From positions 1 to 38,000 of the IMG/VR virus record IMGVR_UViG_3300045988_173701: a stretch of DNA of 38,000 nt. One strand, 5' to 3'. Of this stretch, positions 25,756-36,065 are shown piece after piece (position 1 is the first letter of the stretch; each line of letters opens with the position of its first letter). The position numbers were made by a program, and so were the translations under genes. The notes below the pieces were generated by a model. That model worked only from the letters and a program-made list of their open reading frames with translations. It had not been told where the DNA came from and searched no databases. Origin of the DNA: a virus.

Positions 25756-26663
25756 AGCGATACTATGCTCTTGAAGTAGAAAACCGAGTTGCCGATATCG
25801 ACATTTACGGCGATATCACATCATGGCCATGGGTTGAATCTGATGTTTCAGCTTATAACCTCTCTGCTAAGTTGGCACAGCTTGATGTTGATGAAATTAA
25901 TGTAAACATTAATTCATATGGCGGGGAAGTCGCTGAAGGCCTTGCGATTTTTAATGCTCTAAAGCGCCATAAGGCAAAGGTAAATACACGTTGTGACGGT
26001 TTTGCTTGTTCTATTGCATCGGTCATTTTCATGGCGGGAGATAAGCGCGTAATGAACGATGCATCGCTTTTGATGATCCATAATGCTTGGACATATGCAT
26101 CAGGTGACGCAAATGCTTTGCGTAAGCAGGCTGATGATCTCGACCTTATTACCGACCAGTCAAAAAAGATTTATCTGTCCAAGGTAAGTATTTCTGAAGA
26201 TGAGCTTGCGCAATTGATGGACGAGGAGACGTTCATTGATTCCGATGCAGCAATTGAAATGGGTTTTGCAACCGATGTTGCAAAAAACGAATCAGACAAA
26301 CCTGCGCAATGTGCGCGAGCTTTGATTTATCAGGCTTTGACTGATGACGAAAAGCCAAGTAAGCCAACCGATGATCCAGGTATTGAAATCGAAGATCCAG
26401 AAGATGAAGATCCCGAAGAATCCGAAACTGATGATGAGGATAAGAAGGATGATTCTGCTTCTGATGATGATTTAGGCAACGATGAATCTGAAGAATCTGA
26501 AGAAGAAGATTCTCATGATACCGAGGACGACGAAGAAGATGAATCCGAGTCAGATTCCAAGGATCCTGACGGAAAACAATCTGATGACGATTCCGAAGAT
26601 TCGGACGACGAAGAAGATGAAGTTTCAAAACAGTACGCAAACTTTTTCAAAATGATCAACTAA
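25752..26663 (+). CDS. ClpP-like prohead protease with a poly-acidic C-terminal extension of about 110 aa
   Basis: INSYGGEVAEGLAIFNALKRH and MIHNAW resemble ClpP. The C-terminus is mostly D/E/S. Confidence 0.75.
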   Translation: MKRYYALEVENRVADIDIYGDITSWPWVESDVSAYNLSAKLAQLDVDEINVNINSYGGEVAEGLAIFNALKRHKAKVNTRCDGFACSIASVIFMAGDKRVMNDASLLMIHNAWTYASGDANALRKQADDLDLITDQSKKIYLSKVSISEDELAQLMDEETFIDSDAAIEMGFATDVAKNESDKPAQCARALIYQALTDDEKPSKPTDDPGIEIEDPEDEDPEESETDDEDKKDDSASDDDLGNDESEESEEEDSHDTEDDEEDESESDSKDPDGKQSDDDSEDSDDEEDEVSKQYANFFKMIN

Positions 26664-26677
26664 GAAAGGAATAGCGT

Positions 26678-27928
26678 ATGGCAATTAAATTAGGTATCAC
26701 TAAAGAAGCATCAGCCAACATGGCGGCTGCAATTCGAAGTGGTGATCAGGCAAAGATCGAGCAGGCGTGGGAAGCGTTTCGTGGTTCTATTGTTGAGCAG
26801 GTTAAGACCGACGCGCATGAGCTGCAGTTACAGCGCGATTCTCGCGTGTTGGAGCAGCGAGGATATCGCCAACTTACCCAGTCTGAAACGAAGTTTTACG
26901 CGCAGCTTGCTGACATCTTGCGCTCTGAAAGCCCAAAGCAGGCTTTTGTTGATTTGATTGGCGAAGATGGCAATCAGGACATCATGCCACAGACGATTAT
27001 TGAGGATATTTATCGTGACCTTACGGAAAACCATCCACTTTTACAAAAGATTTCCGTACAGTATGTTGGATATGTTACTAAGTGGATTATCAACAAGAAT
27101 CCTCGCAATGCTGCGGTCTGGGGCAAGGTAAATGCTTCTATTACCGAAGAAATTGAAAGCGCTCTTGAGGTAATTGACGTAATTCAGGCTAAGTTGTCCT
27201 GCTTTGCATTTATTGAGCTTGATATGTTGGAGCTTGGCCCAACGTTCCTCGATGCTTATATCCGCCGCGTGCTCACTGAGGCTATGGCGATTGGCTTTGA
27301 GCAGGGTATTATCGGCGGTACGGGATTAAACCAGCTTACTGGTATGGATCGCGATATTCATGATGGTGTATCCTTCTCCACCTCTACTGGCTATCCTCGC
27401 AAGACCGCTGTTGAAGTTGGTTCTTTCACGCCTGCGGAATACGGCTCTTTGGTTGCTAAGATGGCAAAGACTGAAACTGGCGTGGGTCGCGTTTTTGATA
27501 AGGTGCTTTTGATCTGCAACATGACTGATTACCTTACAAAGATCATGCCAGCTACTACAGCTCTCGCGACTTCTGGTGTTGGTTATGTTCATGATTTGTT
27601 CCCATTCCCAACCGAAACCGCTGTTTCGAATGAGCTTGAAGACGGTGAAGCGATTCTCTGCTTACCTGAAAACTATATGCTTTTGGCAGGCGGCGAAAAG
27701 AATAAGACTATTGAATTCTCTGATGAATACAAGTTCCTTGAAGATCAGCGTTATTTCAAGATTAAGCAGTTTGCAGCGGGTCGTTGCGTTGATAACACCT
27801 GTTCTGTATTGCTTGATATTAGCGAGCTTGACCCTGCTTATATTACTGTCAATGTTGCCAATACGGTAAATACTACCGTAACGGGCACGGTAACTACTAA
27901 GGCAGAAGAAACCGACCCAGTAGCTTAA
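26678..27928 (+). CDS. Major capsid protein (HK97-like)
   Basis: 416 aa, directly after the protease. Confidence 0.75.
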   Translation: MAIKLGITKEASANMAAAIRSGDQAKIEQAWEAFRGSIVEQVKTDAHELQLQRDSRVLEQRGYRQLTQSETKFYAQLADILRSESPKQAFVDLIGEDGNQDIMPQTIIEDIYRDLTENHPLLQKISVQYVGYVTKWIINKNPRNAAVWGKVNASITEEIESALEVIDVIQAKLSCFAFIELDMLELGPTFLDAYIRRVLTEAMAIGFEQGIIGGTGLNQLTGMDRDIHDGVSFSTSTGYPRKTAVEVGSFTPAEYGSLVAKMAKTETGVGRVFDKVLLICNMTDYLTKIMPATTALATSGVGYVHDLFPFPTETAVSNELEDGEAILCLPENYMLLAGGEKNKTIEFSDEYKFLEDQRYFKIKQFAAGRCVDNTCSVLLDISELDPAYITVNVANTVNTTVTGTVTTKAEETDPVA

Positions 27929-27931
27929 ATC

Positions 27932-28246
27932 ATGGATGGTAATGAATTAACGGAACTTGTTAAGCGCAAACTAAACATTACCTGGAGCGATACAGATACT
28001 GATGCTCGAATTACGCAGATAATCGAAGATGGAAAATCTGAGATTATAGATAAGGTTGGTATCACCGATCCAGAGTTTGATTTTTCGAAGCCAAGCCAGG
28101 AGCGTAAATTGCTCCTGGCTTATTGCTTTTATGAATGGAATCATGCGCTTGATGAATTTCAGGTCAATTATGCAGAGGATATATTGCAGGCTCGCGAGCG
28201 TTGGGAGGTAGTCTCTCATGCTAAAGAGCAAACAGACAACGTATAA
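27932..28246 (+). CDS. Head-tail connector protein
   Basis: Position and size (104 aa). Confidence 0.5.
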   Translation: MDGNELTELVKRKLNITWSDTDTDARITQIIEDGKSEIIDKVGITDPEFDFSKPSQERKLLLAYCFYEWNHALDEFQVNYAEDILQARERWEVVSHAKEQTDNV

Positions 28247-28574
28247 CGATGGTGTGTGCGATGTATTTAGACCAAAGGATATCAGGACTGATTTTTCAGC
28301 GCGCTTAAATCCTAAAGCGCTAGATGATCTCGACTATATTGTGCGCCTTAGCTTCTCGGAAAAGAGCTGTCGCATTGAGGATATCGAGATGGCAGAGCGC
28401 TTGAATTTTTCTCTTTCTAGGAAAATTCAGGTGCGTAATAGCAAAATGGGCATCGATCAGCGTTGCATGGTAGTAATTGGCGAGTATATGTACTCAATCT
28501 CTTACTTGGATGTTACTCCTACGGATTTGTATCTTTATTTGCAGGAGGTGAGAAAACTTGAGCCTCTTAAATGA
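28218..28574 (+). CDS. Head closure / head-tail adaptor protein
   Basis: Overlapping small ORF in the connector block. Confidence 0.4.
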   Translation: MLKSKQTTYNDGVCDVFRPKDIRTDFSARLNPKALDDLDYIVRLSFSEKSCRIEDIEMAERLNFSLSRKIQVRNSKMGIDQRCMVVIGEYMYSISYLDVTPTDLYLYLQEVRKLEPLK

Positions 28575-28917
28575 AGTGCAAGATGTTCTGATTTCGATTT
28601 TTCCCGATGAGCCTGTCGATTATGGCATGGCGACAACGGTGAAACCTGAAGATCCGTGGAACTATGTGGTGTTCGGTCGTCAAACTATACGATCCAACAA
28701 TAGCAATGCTTTTGTGGATCGCGTGAATGTCGCAATTATCCGTGAAGGGTATGTCCCTGACGATGATATCGATTTATGTATTGAGAAAATAAGCTCAATT
28801 CCTGGAATGAAGTTTGATTCGAAATCGGAAATATCCTTTGAATATACGGTAAAGGCAAATACAAATGCCCTTATCGAGATGGCTGTTATTCCGTTTACTC
28901 ACACAAGAAAGAAGTGA
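28558..28917 (+). CDS. Head-tail joining protein
   Basis: Position in the block. Confidence 0.4.
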   Translation: MSLLNEVQDVLISIFPDEPVDYGMATTVKPEDPWNYVVFGRQTIRSNNSNAFVDRVNVAIIREGYVPDDDIDLCIEKISSIPGMKFDSKSEISFEYTVKANTNALIEMAVIPFTHTRKK

Positions 28918-29333
28918 GTCAAATGGCAGAACTCAATATCGCAGATGATGCGAACAGCTGGCCTGCTATTGAAGCGTCTATTACTAACCTAGCGAGCGGA
29001 TACGGCAAGATCATTGATGAAGTTTTGCATGATCGTGGTGCCGAAGAGATTCGAAAGCGAATCGATCAGTTACTTCCAACTTCAGGTAGAAGATGGAAAG
29101 GAAAACCGCCTCAGGCGAAAGGCTCAAAGTGGCAGCACTACACTAACGAATCTCTCGCAGTAACGGTAGGTACCACTGCTCGCTATCACTATCTGTATTT
29201 TCCTGATGATGGATCTAATACCAGAGCACATGTTGGCAATAAGCAAATGTTTTTACGTGGCGCTGAAGCAGCATCTCCTGATGTGGTCGAAATGCTTGAA
29301 ACGGCGCTTGTGGAAGCATTTGAGAAAGGATGA
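28914..29333 (+). CDS. Tail completion protein
   Basis: Position in the block. Confidence 0.4.
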   Translation: MSQMAELNIADDANSWPAIEASITNLASGYGKIIDEVLHDRGAEEIRKRIDQLLPTSGRRWKGKPPQAKGSKWQHYTNESLAVTVGTTARYHYLYFPDDGSNTRAHVGNKQMFLRGAEAASPDVVEMLETALVEAFEKG

Positions 29334-29918
29334 TTGATGAGCGGTACAACTAGTACGGTTTTTTCAGAGTATGAAGTTCGTCAAATCTCTTTGAAGATTG
29401 GTGAAGGTCAAGCTCTTTTAATTCCTTGTGTTGGAAATTTCGAAGAGGAAATGGAAGTTAAAACAGTAACTAAGAGCTGTCGCGGCAAGGTCGCAAAGAC
29501 GCGCTCTCGTGGAACTGGCAATGGCACGATTACCATTTCCGCACATATTCCAAAGGATGCGTATTATGCATTGCACGCAATGGCGCGTGATGATCTTAAG
29601 ACAGGTATTTATGCGTTCGGCGAGAAATCGCTTTTGCCTGAAGCTATTTTGTGCGCAGATGTGTTTGATGAAGATGACAACGAGAAGCTGAAAGCATACC
29701 CGAGGGCAACAGTTACTACAGGCCCTGCACGATCGGTTGAAAACGGTGCCGATGAGGTTGCAGAAGTTGAGATCGAAGTCGCAGTAAGCCCCGATGATTC
29801 TGGTGAAGGTCTTTATGAGTGCATCGTCGATGAACTTGAAGAAGACGAAGCCGAAACAGTTAAGTCTCAATGGATGGAAAGTTTTAGTCGAGATTTGGTA
29901 GAGGTGGCGACCGCGTAA
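29334..29918 (+). CDS. Major tail protein
   Basis: 194 aa preceding the chaperone pair and the tape measure. Confidence 0.55.
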   Translation: MMSGTTSTVFSEYEVRQISLKIGEGQALLIPCVGNFEEEMEVKTVTKSCRGKVAKTRSRGTGNGTITISAHIPKDAYYALHAMARDDLKTGIYAFGEKSLLPEAILCADVFDEDDNEKLKAYPRATVTTGPARSVENGADEVAEVEIEVAVSPDDSGEGLYECIVDELEEDEAETVKSQWMESFSRDLVEVATA

Positions 29919-30139
29919 TGAAGGTTAAAACAATTAAACGTTTTAAGGATAAGCACACTGGTAAAGTGCATAAAGTTGGCGATGTGTTCACGGTAAACAA
30001 GGATCGTTTTTCCGAGATTATTAAATCGGGTAAGTTTGTTGAAGAATTTACCGAAAAAGAAGCTGAAACCAAGAAAGTCCAGGAAAACGAAGTAGAAAAC
30101 CCCGATGTTTCTGGCGATACTGAAGCGAAGGGTGATTAG
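29918..30139 (+). CDS. Small acidic protein
   Basis: 73-aa ORF. Confidence 0.3.
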   Translation: MKVKTIKRFKDKHTGKVHKVGDVFTVNKDRFSEIIKSGKFVEEFTEKEAETKKVQENEVENPDVSGDTEAKGD

Positions 30140-30142
30140 TCT

Positions 30143-30493
30143 ATGCAACTGAATACTTTCGTTGATGTTGAAATGGCAGACGGTTCTACTGTTAAGTGTA
30201 CTTTGACTTTTGGTCATCTTATGGCTCTTAAGTCAAAAAATAGGCTCGATTACGAAGCTTATAATAAGGTTGCAACCAAGGGCGCTAAAGAAGAATTCGA
30301 TAATCTACGCATCCTTTATACGGGGTATCTTTGCGGATTGATTGCTGATGATAAACCATTGAAGGATGCTATGTCATTTAATGAGTTTATTGATGCTATC
30401 TTGCCAGATCATGTAATTCTTGTTGAAGCTACGAATAAGCTCTATGCTCCAAAAAAAGCGATGGCTTCCGTCGCGCCTTCAGTAAGCGAGTAA
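30143..30493 (+). CDS. Tail assembly chaperone (G-like); the -1 frameshift product would extend to about 30710
   Basis: Slippery A_AAA_AAA at 30451-30457. The -1 frame stays open from there to about 30710, just before the tape measure. Confidence 0.6.
   Translation: MQLNTFVDVEMADGSTVKCTLTFGHLMALKSKNRLDYEAYNKVATKGAKEEFDNLRILYTGYLCGLIADDKPLKDAMSFNEFIDAILPDHVILVEATNKLYAPKKAMASVAPSVSE
30451..30457 (+). other. Programmed -1 frameshift slippery heptamer A_AAA_AAA (G/GT-type)
   Basis: Zero-frame codons CCA AAA AAA GCG. The -1 frame has no stop for about 250 nt. Confidence 0.55.
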
Positions 30494-30714
30494 GAAGGTC
30501 TAGCGGCGGAAGAAGTATCAGAGTCCCAGATTTCCCGCTTGAGGATATTGAGGACAATTTTGCGTTTTACGTTTTGATTATCGGTATTTCAGAAGATGTT
30601 TTCTGGAATGCCGATATTTCTTTTATCAAGTCTGTTGTTGAAGATAAAAGAGCGTATGAATCGTGGATTACGAGTGAACAAAATATACTTTTAAAAAATA
30701 ATAGGAGGTGATCG

Positions 30715-32991
30715 ATGCCTAAAAATGAAGCGAAGGTAAAATTCACCGCCGAAACAGGAGAGTTCAATAAAAACCTCGAAGCCGCGAAGGCTAGGATGGC
30801 AAATCTTAGCTCAGAGATGAAGTTAGCTTCTGCTCAGTTCAAAAATACTGGTGATAGCGTTGAATTCTTGCAGACGAAGCAGCGTATTTTGTCTGATCAG
30901 CTGGAAACCGCTCAGGCCAAAACAGCGAATTTAAGCGCAAAGTTAGAAGTTGCTAATCGTGTATATGGCGAGGGGTCAATTGAAGCACAAAAGCTTTCTA
31001 CTCAGGTTAATAACGCCAGGGCGGCAGAAGCCCGTATTGCTAACCAGATTACCCAGACCGAGAAAGCTCTGAATAGTCAAAGTTCAGCAAGCTCAGAAAC
31101 TAAAGTTTCCTTCGATGAGCTTACCGAGGTAATTTCGCAGCAAAACAGTCAGGTTAAAAGACTTGAAGCTGAATATAAAAGTCTTGTAATAGAGTTCGGG
31201 CAGACTTCCAGTGAAGCTCAATCCGTTGGGGCTGAACTTAAGCAGGTTAGTTCCGAGCTGAGTAAATCCAGAGCAAGGCTTACCCAAGTAAGCGATGCTG
31301 CAAATGGTCTTGAGAGCGAACTTAAAGATGTGGATGCTGCAGCCGACGATGCAGGTGCTAGTGTTGGTGATATTGCTGCTGGTAATGTTATATCCGACTT
31401 TGCGACGAGCGGAATACAAGCGCTTGCTGGATTAGAGGAATCTACCAGGCAATACAGAAATGAGCAGGCAAAGCTTGCAACTGCTGCGCAAGCAACCGGT
31501 CAACCATTAGATCAGTTAAAGGGCAGCTACAATGAACTTTACGCAATAACAACAGATGAAACTATGTCATCTACTGCTGTTGCAAATATGTCGGCTATGG
31601 GAATGAGCGCCGAGAACCAGCAAAAGGCAATTAACGCAGCAACAGGAGCTTGGGCGCAATTTGGTGATTCAATTCCGCTCGATGGATTAATGGAGTCAAT
31701 TAATGAGTCGAGTAAGCTTGGGGCTACGTTAACAGGTCCCGTTGTCGATGCCATCAATTGGGCAAATGTTTCACAGGAACAGTGGAGCGCATCTCTGTCT
31801 GGCAATGCAGCAGCTCAGTCGGCGTTCAACTCTGCTGTTGCTCAGGGAGCGACAACAGAAGACGCGATGAATGCTGCGCTTGCTGCTTGTTCAACTGAGC
31901 AAGAACGTCAAAGTCTCTTAGTTAATGCTCTTGATACTGGTTATGGTGGGTTAGCAGCTTCGTATAGGGAGAATAATGCAGCGGTTATTGAAGCAAACAA
32001 TGCTCAAGCTGCGCTTACTGATGCTCAAGCTCAACTTGCAACCCAAATTACTCCCTTGCAGGCTCAAATAACCAATCTTGCGGCAAATGGTATTGGTTTT
32101 CTTGCGCAAAACTTCTCTTGGTTGGCTCCTATCATGGTTGGGGCGGCGGTTGCGTTCGGCGCTTTATGGCTTGCGATGAATGGTGCAACTATTATTCAGA
32201 CGGTAACGACCGCCTTTACTGCTCTTAATGCGGTTATGCGAGCAAACCCGATAATATTGGTAGTTAGTTTAATTGCTGGTTTGGTTGCAGCATTTATTAC
32301 CGCCTATAATACTTCTGAAACCTTCAGAAACATGGTAAATAGCGCTTTTCAATCAATCGCATCTGTTGTTTCTGGTGCGATTTCTACTGCTCAATCGGCT
32401 GTAGGTAGTGGAATTAGTGCAATTCAAGGGTTTTTTAACAATCTGTCTTCTATTCCTGGTGTTGTTAGTGGATTGTTTAATCAGATAAAAACTTTCATGA
32501 GCGATCCTGTTAACAATGCTAAAAGCGTGATTCAAGGTGCGATCAATTCTATTAAAGGGTTTTTCAATTTCAGTATCTCTTGGCCCCATATTCCGATGCC
32601 GCACTTTACTATATCTCCTGCTGGATGGCAGGTTGGCGATTTGCTCAAAGGATCGATACCCTCCATTGGAGTTAGTTTTTATGCAAAAGGCGGCATTCTT
32701 AATGGTCCAACAGTATTCGGATTTTCTGGCACCAATGCTCTTGTTGGAGGGGAAGCGGGCCCTGAAGCTGTTGCTCCAATTGATGTTTTACAGGGCTATA
32801 TCGATCAATCGATAGATGGTTATTTTGGCGGATCTCCTAATGCCCTATTAGCAAAAATTTTATGTGCTATTACTAAGCTTGATTCTGGTCTTGGAGCCAA
32901 GATTGAAAAGCACGCACCTCGATCTTTAGATATAGGCAACGAGAGGGGAGTGTTTAAGCTGATGAATAAGATTAGTAAGAAGTGGTCATAA
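30715..32991 (+). CDS. Tape measure protein
   Basis: 758 aa. Coiled-coil N-terminal half, central hydrophobic segments, Gly-rich. Confidence 0.85.
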   Translation: MPKNEAKVKFTAETGEFNKNLEAAKARMANLSSEMKLASAQFKNTGDSVEFLQTKQRILSDQLETAQAKTANLSAKLEVANRVYGEGSIEAQKLSTQVNNARAAEARIANQITQTEKALNSQSSASSETKVSFDELTEVISQQNSQVKRLEAEYKSLVIEFGQTSSEAQSVGAELKQVSSELSKSRARLTQVSDAANGLESELKDVDAAADDAGASVGDIAAGNVISDFATSGIQALAGLEESTRQYRNEQAKLATAAQATGQPLDQLKGSYNELYAITTDETMSSTAVANMSAMGMSAENQQKAINAATGAWAQFGDSIPLDGLMESINESSKLGATLTGPVVDAINWANVSQEQWSASLSGNAAAQSAFNSAVAQGATTEDAMNAALAACSTEQERQSLLVNALDTGYGGLAASYRENNAAVIEANNAQAALTDAQAQLATQITPLQAQITNLAANGIGFLAQNFSWLAPIMVGAAVAFGALWLAMNGATIIQTVTTAFTALNAVMRANPIILVVSLIAGLVAAFITAYNTSETFRNMVNSAFQSIASVVSGAISTAQSAVGSGISAIQGFFNNLSSIPGVVSGLFNQIKTFMSDPVNNAKSVIQGAINSIKGFFNFSISWPHIPMPHFTISPAGWQVGDLLKGSIPSIGVSFYAKGGILNGPTVFGFSGTNALVGGEAGPEAVAPIDVLQGYIDQSIDGYFGGSPNALLAKILCAITKLDSGLGAKIEKHAPRSLDIGNERGVFKLMNKISKKWS

Positions 32992-33863
32992 TGGGCTTAG
33001 GCTACGAGTTTACCTATACAAATTCCAAAGGAGTGTCCATCGAATTCGGTGGACACTCTCCTTTTTGGGTTGATGGAGATACCTTCCGCTCATATGAATA
33101 TTCGTACAACGAATCTAATGGAAAGATATCAAACTTTTACATGGGGTTGAAGACGTACGGTTTTGATGTATCTATTGAGTCTAATGGAGTATCTGAAGCC
33201 GTTGAGCTGACAGAACAGCTTAGAAAACTATCTAATTACGATATTAAAGCTGAAACTCCAGGAACTATAAAAATAGGAGAGTATCAGACTGAAGGCTACA
33301 TTATAGGCCTTGATTATTCTTCTGAAGGTGATGATGATTTCTATGGATTTGAGACTGGATTAAGCGTCCAGGTAGCAATCGAAAACCCTATTTGGTATAC
33401 AGAGGAGCTTGTTAGTTTTAAGCCTCAAGTTATTAGTCCTGATTCTTCAGAAGGTCTTAACTATCCTTTTAACTATCCGTATAACTACGGTGCTCGTCGC
33501 AACGTCTATCGTAGGTTTTATAACGATGAGGTATTAAGCTGTCCTTTTAGGATACTCATTTACGGTAGAGCAGTAGATCCTTATGTGCGAATTGGAGCAA
33601 ATCTATATCAAGTAAATGCCACTATTGCGCAAGGTGGTTATTTGGTAATTGATTCTCGTAAGAAAAAGATTTATGAAATTCAACGACTTGGAAATAGGGT
33701 AGAGCACATAAGAAACAGGCTTCGTGGAGCTAAGGGATCAGGTCAATACATATTCGAGGAAATACTTAGCGGATATAACGATGTTATGTGGGATAACACA
33801 TTCGGATTCGATTTATATCTTATTCACGAATCTCCTCTTCCTCCTTTCTTTAAGGATAAGTAA
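32982..33863 (+). CDS. Distal tail protein (Dit-like)
   Basis: 293 aa, directly after the tape measure. Confidence 0.55.
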   Translation: MVIMGLGYEFTYTNSKGVSIEFGGHSPFWVDGDTFRSYEYSYNESNGKISNFYMGLKTYGFDVSIESNGVSEAVELTEQLRKLSNYDIKAETPGTIKIGEYQTEGYIIGLDYSSEGDDDFYGFETGLSVQVAIENPIWYTEELVSFKPQVISPDSSEGLNYPFNYPYNYGARRNVYRRFYNDEVLSCPFRILIYGRAVDPYVRIGANLYQVNATIAQGGYLVIDSRKKKIYEIQRLGNRVEHIRNRLRGAKGSGQYIFEEILSGYNDVMWDNTFGFDLYLIHESPLPPFFKDK

Positions 33864-33866
33864 CTT

Positions 33867-35816
33867 ATGGTAAATGATATTTATTACGAAGCTCCTGATA
33901 GTCAAAATGACGAAATTATTACCAATGCTAATTTTGAGACTTCATTTGGTGAAGATGAAAACATTGTTACCTTAAAACGTTCCATCAGTGATCCAATTTT
34001 GCAAGGTGGTTTTATCTACTCTGAGACCGACGAAAACGGCGGCATTATCGACTCCATGGAAGAAGTTACCGGAGAAGATGGAGAAGTTACCTATAGCGGA
34101 AGAAGCTACACAGGTATTTTAGATAGTCATATTATAAGGCCTGAAATTGGAACACTTTCAGGAGATGCAAATGATGTTATTGCCAAGGTTATTGATCATC
34201 TAGATCTTGGTGATGTATTTAAAGCTTCTCCTGAAAAGAGCGGTATAGCTATTAGCTATGAGGTCGATGATTACCTAACTGGTTATAGCGGTTTGTGTGC
34301 CATACTGAAATCTTCTAATGCGAAACTAAGTATAAGTCATACAGAGAGTTTGGTTGAACTAAGTGCTTTGCCTGTTGCTTCTGCAGGAGGGGTTGAATTT
34401 GGTAGTGATAATTTTAAGTTAACTATCAAAAAGGTTTTTCGCACTACTAACCACATGATTTGTCTAGGACCAAGCGAGGTTATAGATTTATATGTTGACG
34501 AATCGGGCAATGTTTCCAAGACTCAACATTTCTTCGGTGTTGATCAAATAACATCAATCTTTGACCAGCGTGAAACTTCATCTGATGATTTAGAAGAGAA
34601 AGCGACTGAGGAGCTTTTAGGCTTACAGGATGCCGATTCTTGCGAAATAGACCTTTTAAGCGATGACGAATCACTCGATGTTGGCGATATCGTAAGTGGT
34701 GTCGATGACATTACAGGAATTGAAGTTGTTGCGGTTGTTAAGCAAAAGAGTTTCAGTATTTCTGAAAATGAGCAACACCATAGCTATGAAGCAGGAAATC
34801 CTTCAATGACGCAATCTAAGGGTGGATATTCTGGTAGTTCTAACAATAGTGACGGATCGGTTGCGCTTGGTTTTAAAGTTGGCGATACGTTGGTTCTTAT
34901 TGATGGTGTGCTTGATGCAAAGGTATCACCAGAGCAGCTTGAAAGCTTAAGCCAACTTGTTGCTACAGCAAGGCAAGAAGCGTCTAATGCTGAAGCTACA
35001 GCTAATCAGGTAGCGAATGATCTTGATACCAAGGCGGAATTTGAGCATTATCACGATGCGAGTGATATAACTACTGGAGTATTAGATCAGAGTCGCGGTG
35101 GCACTGGTTCTGGCAACACAAAAGGATCGCGATATAACCTCTTAGGCGATATTGGGAGCGAAACTTCAATTCCCGGAGATGAAAGCGCAGTTGTCTTTGC
35201 GTACAGCTCTCCTTCGATATCAAACGGGGCCATATTTAAGCGCTCGTTAAGTTCTGTTTGGGATTGGATCTATCAAAAGATAAAGAGTGTAGTAAAGCCT
35301 ACAGATATAGGTGCTGCTACGTCTGCTCATGTTCATGACGTGGCTACTGATTCATCAAATGGTTTTATGAGTGCCGATGACCGCGAAAAGCTTGATGGTA
35401 TTGCAGATGGTGCCAACAAGACGGTAGTGGATTCGTCGCTTAGCGATACGAGTGCAAATCCTGTACAAAACAAGGTTGTTAAGTCGGCTCTCGATGATAA
35501 AGCCGATTCTGATCACGAACATAACTATGCCGCGTCGCTTAGTCCCGGGGGATCGGCATCTAGTGCTGAAAAATTAAAAACTGCACGAACTATCACTTTT
35601 CAAGGAGCCGTTAGTGGCTCCTTTTCTTTTGATGGATCTGAAAACGTAACAGTAAACCTCGAAGGAGATAGTCAAGCTGCTGGTTTTCTCGCTGCTCATC
35701 CTATTGGAAGTATCTTTTTTACAACAAACTCAACCGATCCTGGTGACACATATGGTGGTGTTTGGAAGAAATTACCGAGCGACAACGGTGGTTATCTCTT
35801 TCTACGTGAAAGTTAG
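33867..35816 (+). CDS. Tail-associated or tail-fibre protein (Tal position) with C-terminal His-box fibre-repeat motifs
   Basis: 649 aa. SAHVHDVATD ... SDHEHNYAASL ... AEKLKTARTITFQGAVSGSFSFDGSENVTV. Confidence 0.6.
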   Translation: MVNDIYYEAPDSQNDEIITNANFETSFGEDENIVTLKRSISDPILQGGFIYSETDENGGIIDSMEEVTGEDGEVTYSGRSYTGILDSHIIRPEIGTLSGDANDVIAKVIDHLDLGDVFKASPEKSGIAISYEVDDYLTGYSGLCAILKSSNAKLSISHTESLVELSALPVASAGGVEFGSDNFKLTIKKVFRTTNHMICLGPSEVIDLYVDESGNVSKTQHFFGVDQITSIFDQRETSSDDLEEKATEELLGLQDADSCEIDLLSDDESLDVGDIVSGVDDITGIEVVAVVKQKSFSISENEQHHSYEAGNPSMTQSKGGYSGSSNNSDGSVALGFKVGDTLVLIDGVLDAKVSPEQLESLSQLVATARQEASNAEATANQVANDLDTKAEFEHYHDASDITTGVLDQSRGGTGSGNTKGSRYNLLGDIGSETSIPGDESAVVFAYSSPSISNGAIFKRSLSSVWDWIYQKIKSVVKPTDIGAATSAHVHDVATDSSNGFMSADDREKLDGIADGANKTVVDSSLSDTSANPVQNKVVKSALDDKADSDHEHNYAASLSPGGSASSAEKLKTARTITFQGAVSGSFSFDGSENVTVNLEGDSQAAGFLAAHPIGSIFFTTNSTDPGDTYGGVWKKLPSDNGGYLFLRES

Positions 35817-35825
35817 GGGGTAGGT

Positions 35826-36065
35826 ATGCCTATTACTGAAGGTTATTCACTATGCGAATGTGCAGGATGCGGAAAGTGTCAGTATTTAAAACCGACTGAT
35901 GATGAATATTCGAACTATGTAAACCGTGAGCGTATTACTGCAAACGGAAACTCGAGTAAAACTACTTTCTGCAAGGACTGTAACAACAAATATCAATCTT
36001 TTGTTAATCAACAAGATATCGATTTTCAGAACTTCTTAACTGGACTTAAAACTAAGGAGAAATAA
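35826..36065 (+). CDS. Small zinc-ribbon protein
   Basis: CECAGCGKC ... CKDCNNKY. Confidence 0.4.
   Translation: MPITEGYSLCECAGCGKCQYLKPTDDEYSNYVNRERITANGNSSKTTFCKDCNNKYQSFVNQQDIDFQNFLTGLKTKEK

Noticed and set aside
26233-26640. 135-aa minus-strand ORF opposite the protease acidic tail
   Set aside because: An artefact of low-complexity GA/TC-rich coding sequence. It lies within a well-supported plus-strand gene.
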